NCBI RefSeq assembly: GCF_006345805.1
Contig: NC_042998.1
Coordinates: 165,168,001-165,232,000, forward strand
Length of the DNA stretch: 64,000 nucleotides
Source: Octopus sinensis
Lineage: Eukaryota
Reading direction: 5' to 3'
The notes under the pieces: generated by a model
What the model was told of the DNA's origin: nothing
Seen by the model: the letters and a program-made list of their open reading frames with translations, nothing else
Databases searched by the model: none
Shown: positions 56,207 to 64,000 of the stretch, piece after piece
Layout of the letters: each line of letters begins with the position of its first letter
How positions within the stretch are numbered: the stretch's first letter is position 1
Translations under genes and position numbers: made by a program

Positions 56207-56540
56207 GTAAATATAAGGATAAGCAAGTTATGATAAATCAGTATATAAAATATATTGAATACATGAAATACAAAAAATGTGTATAGATGCATACATGTAA
56301 AAAGGTTTGACTTACGCAGAATACAAACAAAATAGAAAATTAAAGGGGGTGAATGAAAAGTATTACAAATGCAACAGCTTGTAATACTTTTCATCCAACC
56401 CTTTAATTTTCTATTTCATTTGTATTCTGTGTAAGTCGGACCGTTTTATATGTATGCATCTATACACATTTTTGTATTTCATGTATATAATATACTTTAT
56501 ATATTGATCTGCCTAATTTGCATATCACTTATATATATTT
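56207..56540. repeat. ~330-bp AT-rich palindrome (about 160-bp arms, 10-nt loop)
   Basis: ...agaaaattaaagggggtgaatgaaaagtattacaa-atgcaacagc-ttgtaatactttttcatccaaccctttaattttct... with pairing continuing through tgtgtatagatgcatacat / atgtatgcatctatacaca. Confidence 0.9.
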
Positions 56541-56691
56541 GTTTCGTGTGGTTTATATAATTTGCTTATCACTTATATTTGTTTCTCTAATTTATATACA
56601 TGTATTATATATTTATATATTGTGAAATTTGATTTAGTATTACTAAATTGAATTTTTCCCTGTAAGTTTGGAATTATATTCTCTATTATTA

Positions 56692-56767
<76 letters not shown>

Positions 56768-56771
<4 letters not shown>

Positions 56772-56918
56772 TAGTTTTATTTTTATAGCGTGCTTTCACT
56801 TCACTACCGAGCGCAGCTCTGTGTGCCTTGGGTATGTGCTGTGATTTGTTGTGATGCTCTGATGGTTATTGTATGGAAAGTGTTCTGCGTAGGATGTGTG
56901 CAGTGCCTAGTAGTGCAA

Positions 56919-56921
<3 letters not shown>
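56768..56921 (-). mobile_element. 3' end of an R4/Dong-like RLE LINE inside (TTA)n
   Basis: Reverse complement of about 61535-61688 (IALLGTAHILR plus 3' UTR), flanked on both sides by (TTA)n. Confidence 0.85.
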
Positions 56922-56999
<78 letters not shown>

Positions 57000-57079
57000 G
57001 CATGTATATGCATGCATATATAATAATTTGTATTTTAAGGCCAAGGGAAATAATTCTGAGTAAGTCATGACAACCAATG

Positions 57080-57720
57080 GTGTTTCTTTAAGTTTGAAAG
57101 CTGAGCCAATGGAGAGGAGTTACAACTAGATGAAATTTCCAAGCAGTTTAAATGTCTAAGTCATCAATATCCAAATGGCTAAAGAATGTCAAAAGAAGGG
57201 CATCTAATAGTCATGACCTGATGCAGTTCGACCGGCTAAGAGAGTAAAATGTTTAGGTCCAAACATTTGACTGAGTGGGAGTGAGGCACTTCTGTTATGG
57301 GGTTCTCCTGCTGTTCAGCACTCTTGAGATTTCGTTACCATTGGCCACAACAATAATTAAAGATGACATACCAGATAAAACATATTTGATGTTTTATCGT
57401 CGTGCATTTAGTGTGACAAAGAGATTCAATCTTCTATGTATTTTTCCACGATCAGGGCTATTGGTATTAGAAGATGTGAAAATAAGAGTGGTGAAGATAT
57501 TCGTAGACTTTGATAGTCATCCATGAATAAATGAAACTCCTAGGGTCTCTCACTGAGTTCATCGTGAACACTTTTAATCAGATTTCAGTAGTTAATAAAT
57601 GTAGGATGGAACCAACAAAGGAGCCTCCACGTGATGTGCTAGAAATATCGGAGAAATTTCGTACAAATCACTCCATGCCTTCTTTTATAAAAGGAATGAC
57701 AAATTTGATAATATAGGGTC
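57080..57720 (-). pseudogene. Highly degenerate LINE RT remnant
   Basis: STSRGGSFVGSILHLL and FIYSWMTIKVY occur in the order expected for GVPQGSVLGPLLF and LYADDTKIY; many stops. Confidence 0.3.
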
Positions 57721-59207
57721 AGATACGTTACATAAAAAGAAAGCTGTGATTGTCACGACCGGAACAACTTTGATTACAGGTCTGATTGATTGGGGTTGAT
57801 CAACAAAACAAGACTGTTTCTGATTCCGGAACAAAACCAGCAATTTTGTGGAAAAAAGGAATCAGTCGATGCTATTCACTAGTACCTTGTTTTATCAATT
57901 CCGTAGGATGAAGCATAAAATTAACCTCGTAGTGATTTAAACGCAAAACGGGAGCAGATGTCCCAAAACATTTTTTTCTGGCACTCTACTGTTACTGACA
58001 ATTCGTTTCTGACATTTCGTTTTCGTTCAACTACAACAGTAAAAACAAAAGAACAAACAGTAGAAGAAAAGTAGGAGGAAATTATTTCACATGAACATTT
58101 TTGATACACAATCACTGCTTAATGCATGAGACCTAGAATTTTTAAAGGGATTTGGTAAAAACATTGTCTAAGTAAGAGCGATAAAAGCAGTGTCTGTGGA
58201 TGTGGCCCGTATAGACTCCGCAAGATTTGTGAGAGTTAAATATATCGGCTAAAATTTACGAGGAAAATAACGCTAGGGGTAAATTTTCAACCATTACAGG
58301 CGAGGGAAAATTAAGAAGTATGTTTCGTGTGGAAACCGTGATCTGGAGCACAGTGAAACAGGTGGAGAGCGAGCGCGCAACCAAAAAAAAAAAAAACATT
58401 TTCTTTTCCTCCACTGCATTAAGACCAAATCCTTTCACTTAATGCCTATTCACATAAAGCTAAGTGTGTAACCGATTAACCTCAAGCGTTAAAATAGTTC
58501 CCAGCTTGCACACCTTGGATATTTCACACTGGTAATGTTACAGTCTCTTCACAAACCTGGAAATATTTTTGAAGTATTTTTGAAATATCAGAAAACAGCA
58601 TTTATACAGGACCTAATATGAGAATATTGAATCCAGTTGCTCTGTAGTATAATCTGGCAGGCGATAGATACAAACAGATAGTTGGCAATTTTCTGCCGCA
58701 AATTGGTGCTATTAATATCGAATTTTCTCTACATTAAATTCTTAGCAGGTAATTCCTTATAACCTCCAGTAGCGTATCAAAAAATCCTCCCTACCGCCCA
58801 CCACGAATTCTCTTCGACGTTTCATCACCACTGCTAAATAATTTAATGACTGAGTAGCTGATGATTCTACGTTTGAGTAGCAAAGTTCATAGTTTATAGA
58901 TAAAATTGATGGAAGATCATTCGTAAACTGACAATCATGGACAAGTAAGTGTATATATATATATATATATATATATATGCATATATAAAGAGAGAGAGAG
59001 AGTGAGATACATATATACATACATACATTCATATATATATATATATATATGTGTGTATGAATGTATGCATGTATGTATATGCATAAATTTATATATATAT
59101 ATGTATGTACGCATGTATGCATATGCTTGTATCTATCTATCTAGCTATATATATATATATATATATGCACAAACACACATACACACACACACACATATAT
59201 ATAAACA

Positions 59208-59280
<73 letters not shown>

Positions 59281-59498
59281 ATAATGAATTGTTTTTAAGA
59301 GACCGCTCAATATAGCTTTTGATCATCTAAATCAGCCAAAGCATCGATCCAAGCCCTTAGGAACAAATTACTTCTAATCGTCTGGAAGTATATTTAAAGA
59401 AAAGACCGAGAGAGAATGAGATAGAGAGAGAGAGGATGAGAGTGAAAGAGAGAGAGAGAAAAAGAGAGACAGACAGGCAGAGACAGAGACAGAGCGAT

Positions 59499-59545
<47 letters not shown>

Positions 59546-60244
59546 AAGAAAGAGAGAAAAAGAACTCACTATTAATTACGAACAAATTTTCATAAGAGTC
59601 AGCAAAGGAACCCCAATGTGGTTGCTTGACCTGCTAGAAATAGTGGTTAAATCTCCTTTCACACAACATCCTACCATCTAAAATACGGAAAGGTCGCGTG
59701 TAAGTTTATAAAACACCTAAAAGAATAGAATGAATGGTAACGGCTGCAAATTGTTTGACCATACGTTGGCTCGATTAAACAACAGTAACATCGACTACAA
59801 CGAGCTTTCATTCACGCATGCGCACACTTCATTACTGACACATACAGTCCATTACAGAAAGATAAATACAAAAAACGACTAATACGATTTTCACCACGCT
59901 TTCTCATATATCTATGTATAAATATAAGTCTGCATACACGTTGACTGTAGCAAAGCCAAAACAGCTGTTCTATTTAGTTATAACAGTCGGGGATTGCTTT
60001 TTCCAAGGAACAACAACAACAAAATCCAAAAGAACTGAAGAAAGATCTATAAATTAGTTCTGAATGTCGCATGCGAATAGTTATTTATGTATTGACATAC
60101 ATACATTCATACATACATACACACATATACACACATATAGACACACACATATAGACACACACATATATCCATCCATCCATCCATCCATCCATCCATCCAT
60201 CCATCCATCCATACATACATACATACATACAAAGACAAGGACAA

Positions 60245-60700
60245 AGAAATAGGAACCCACAATATGGCAGAAGCCATAGTCACTCATAATAAAAAGGAAT
60301 ACTGGTGGAATGTCCCAGTGAAGGCCTCAATAAAATGTAAGCACAGCGGACCTGATATAAGGATTTGGGATAGGGAAGAGAAACTGTGCACAATTATGGA
60401 TATAAGCTGCCCAGCGGATGTTAACATAAAGCTGGAGATCAATGAAAAAAGGAACACCTATACTGAACTACTGAGAAATCTGCAGTTATTCTATCTATTG
60501 CAATATATTACAAGTTCAGATTTATACCCGTAATTATTGGAACCCTGGGATATGTAACACACTACCTAAATACCAATATTGGGAAATTAGATCAGAAAGG
60601 AGAAAGCTAATTCAATGATTACAGATCCAATCTATCCAGAAGTTTATCATTTAAACAAATGTGAGCATGTCTAGATATGCAACTATATGCATAAGAATAC
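60245..60700 (+). pseudogene. RLE-type non-LTR retrotransposon C-terminal fragment (R2/R4/HERO superfamily), family 2
   Basis: [60 protein letters not shown]: RPD...D/E-x-S-C-P...K..Y endonuclease pattern. Flanked by (CATC/CATA)n and (TACA)n. Confidence 0.85.
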
Positions 60701-60902
60701 ATACATATAGCATACACATTTGCACATACATACATACATGCATACATATATGCATACATACATACATACATACATACATACATACATACATACATACATA
60801 CATGCATACATACATGCATACATACATGCATACATACATACATATGCAACAATACCTGTGATGAAGAGATGATGATGATGATGGTGATGATGATACTACT
60901 AT

Positions 60903-60937
<35 letters not shown>

Positions 60938-60996
60938 ATAATAATGATAATGATATTTATAATAATAATAATAATAGTAATAATAATAATAATAAT

Positions 60997-61688
<692 letters not shown>

Positions 61689-61714
61689 ACAACAACAACA
61701 ACAACAACAACAAC

Positions 61715-61757
<43 letters not shown>

Positions 61758-62599
61758 GAAAATACAGTAGACTCTCGCGAGTTGGTTGCTCAACTGAGTT
61801 GAATAACACATATTTATAATTAGAACCATGTTTTCTCATAGAATGACACCACATAATTGCTGTTTTGCAGGTTACGATCGTAGTAATCATGCAATTTTTC
61901 GTGCCTGTGATTAGGGACGATATCGTATTTTGACATTTATTAACACTGATATTTCTCAGTTTCGCCATTTCATAAGCACACACGCACCCAAGTACGCAGT
62001 CACGCATGCACTCACGACCGCACGCACTGCCGCGCGCACGCACACGCACATAAACACAACGCGGTGCTTAATGTTATGTTTTACCTGGTCTATACAACAA
62101 ATCGGCAGGTATGTAATGAGATTCTATCTCAAATAACAAACACTTGTTATTTCCGGTTCTTAAAAAATCAGTACCATGCAATAAGAAAATAGATGAAATA
62201 CACCAGTATTGGTTCATCATCATACATAATCACACATATGTATTGAAAATCAATGTGCTTTAGTCAACGTTTACCTACCATTCCGAAACCTTCCCACCCT
62301 CATTTTCTAGTTGGTAGCATGAGAAACGTTGAGAATGCGTTTGGGGAGTTTACTGATCCAAACATTCTGCAAGGAACTCACAGAAAAATATTTTATAAAT
62401 CTTGATAAAACTAGAATTTAAAAGGAAAGCTATTCACTTATGGATTTTTGCCTTTGAGTTTTATTAAAGTTTTTCTTGTGAGAGGTCAAGCCAGTCGCTA
62501 ACAAAGCGACAAAACATTTTGAGTTAAGAGAGTTCCCGGTGTTTGTAAATATGCTGATGAATTGGTGTGTTGGTTGAATTATCGATACATACACCCAAG

Positions 62600-62830
62600 T
62601 TTGTGCATCTATTCACATAATAATCTCACATGGAGAAATTTTGGAATGTCTTCACTGTGCCACTAACAGATTGGGTTTGGAGAATCCACGTCAGGTTCTT
62701 TTGCTATTTCTCGGTGAAACCGAGTATTTCTAAATCTTTGTGCAAATTTGTTGGTACATACCTTAATGCACCTATGATGATAGCTACAAATAAGAATTCA
62801 GTCAGGATACAAAAGATGTAAGTTCCCCAT
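62600..62830 (-). pseudogene. RLE LINE family 2, C-terminal fragment
   Basis: FLFVAIIIGALRYVPTNLHKDLEILGF..K...LQTQSVSGTVK, homologous to the degenerate end of 60245-60700. Confidence 0.75.
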
Positions 62831-64000
62831 GTATGTATATATGTATGTATGTAGTTAGGTAGGTAGGTAGGTAGGTTAGTAGTTAGGTAGGTAGGTAGGT
62901 ATGCATAGGTGTGTGTACACGCGTGTTTATTTTTGTGAGTATGAACAAATATGCACATGTGTATGCACGATCTATACAAACATACACATACCTTTCTCGT
63001 ATATGCATTCCGGCAAAACGAAATCATTCATAACTTTGTACGGTAGAAAATTTGGCAGGTGCGGTATTAAGGTAAAATATTATTAAAAGATTATATAGAG
63101 ACATAGTGTTTACAGAACCCCTCAAATATGTACTTATCTTCTTATATTTCAACCACGTATATCAAAAATAGGTGAAGTAGAAAAAAATCTACTTATGAAG
63201 AAATCACCCGAATTTTATACACCACCACATACTATCAAATACTATAAATGGATTATCCGATTTGAAGGTGTATTAAGCATGCAAACACCAATGTCTTTAA
63301 TTCCCAGAGGAAATCCATCCCTGACGTAATGTAAGAAGCTGTCATATTAGTGTACGGTATGTTTCGTTGTGTTCTGGAGCTTATTAGCTTTGACCATTAA
63401 AAAAAACATCTCGAGTTTCTTTACCAAGGAGAGTTCACTTCCAACGTTTGATAAATGAGCTATCAAAATTTTTGAAACAGAGCTCACCAATTTGATACAC
63501 TTTTCTCGCTCCATCATTACAAATAGGTTACTACTATTTTCTCTTATCGTATTACTTCATGTTCACTATTATTAATTGGTATAAATTCTGTATTCATATA
63601 AAACAAGTAATCGATACTGATAATGTCTTAAGATATCAATCATTTTGAAACTTTATACATCTGAACTATTTATTTTTATTTTTAATAAGGAGGAAAGGCA
63701 ATGCTCTTGACCCTTCGCACGGCCTCCGAAACTAATGCGAGGAGAAAATGAAAGAGGAAGGTATACTCAAATTGGAGAAGTGACTCGAATGCTTGCAACA
63801 GAGAGGACTCCGCTAAAGGTCCGCAAAATACGAGGTGACTGCAAAAACGGATGATGCATAAAATTCTACCATCTATGGTAAGAGAGGAACTGAGAAAACA
63901 ATTGGAGTGAAGAAATATCGCAATGAATCCGATGGTCTTACAGTTCTGCTAATGTACTACTCTGGATTGTTATTTTATTATTGACTCCTGAAACTATGAA

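Overview
AT-rich eukaryotic DNA dominated by microsatellites and decayed transposable elements, with one 100-N gap (31245-31344). The SINE families and microsatellite load look like an octopus or other coleoid cephalopod; this is inferred from recalled repeat families, not a database search. I can support no intact protein-coding gene: most listed ORFs are translations of (TA)n, (TG)n, (GATA)n or (AAT)n tracts. Recognisable content: two abundant tRNA-derived SINE families, four decayed Tc1/mariner-superfamily elements (rosa DD41D, pogo, mariner, Tc1), MITE-like hairpins, a Penelope-like RT plus GIY-YIG pseudogene, restriction-like-endonuclease LINE fragments inside microsatellites, a probable solo LTR, and a few stop-interrupted exon-like segments on the minus strand (best: a Thr-rich segment at 12.4-12.5 kb). 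The most notable signals are several minimal type-I hammerhead ribozyme motifs. Two lie in a ~600-bp palindrome of head-to-head units, each a tRNA-like Pol III head, a microsatellite and a hammerhead tail (32.0-32.6 kb). All analysis was by eye, so boundaries are approximate unless a motif is quoted.
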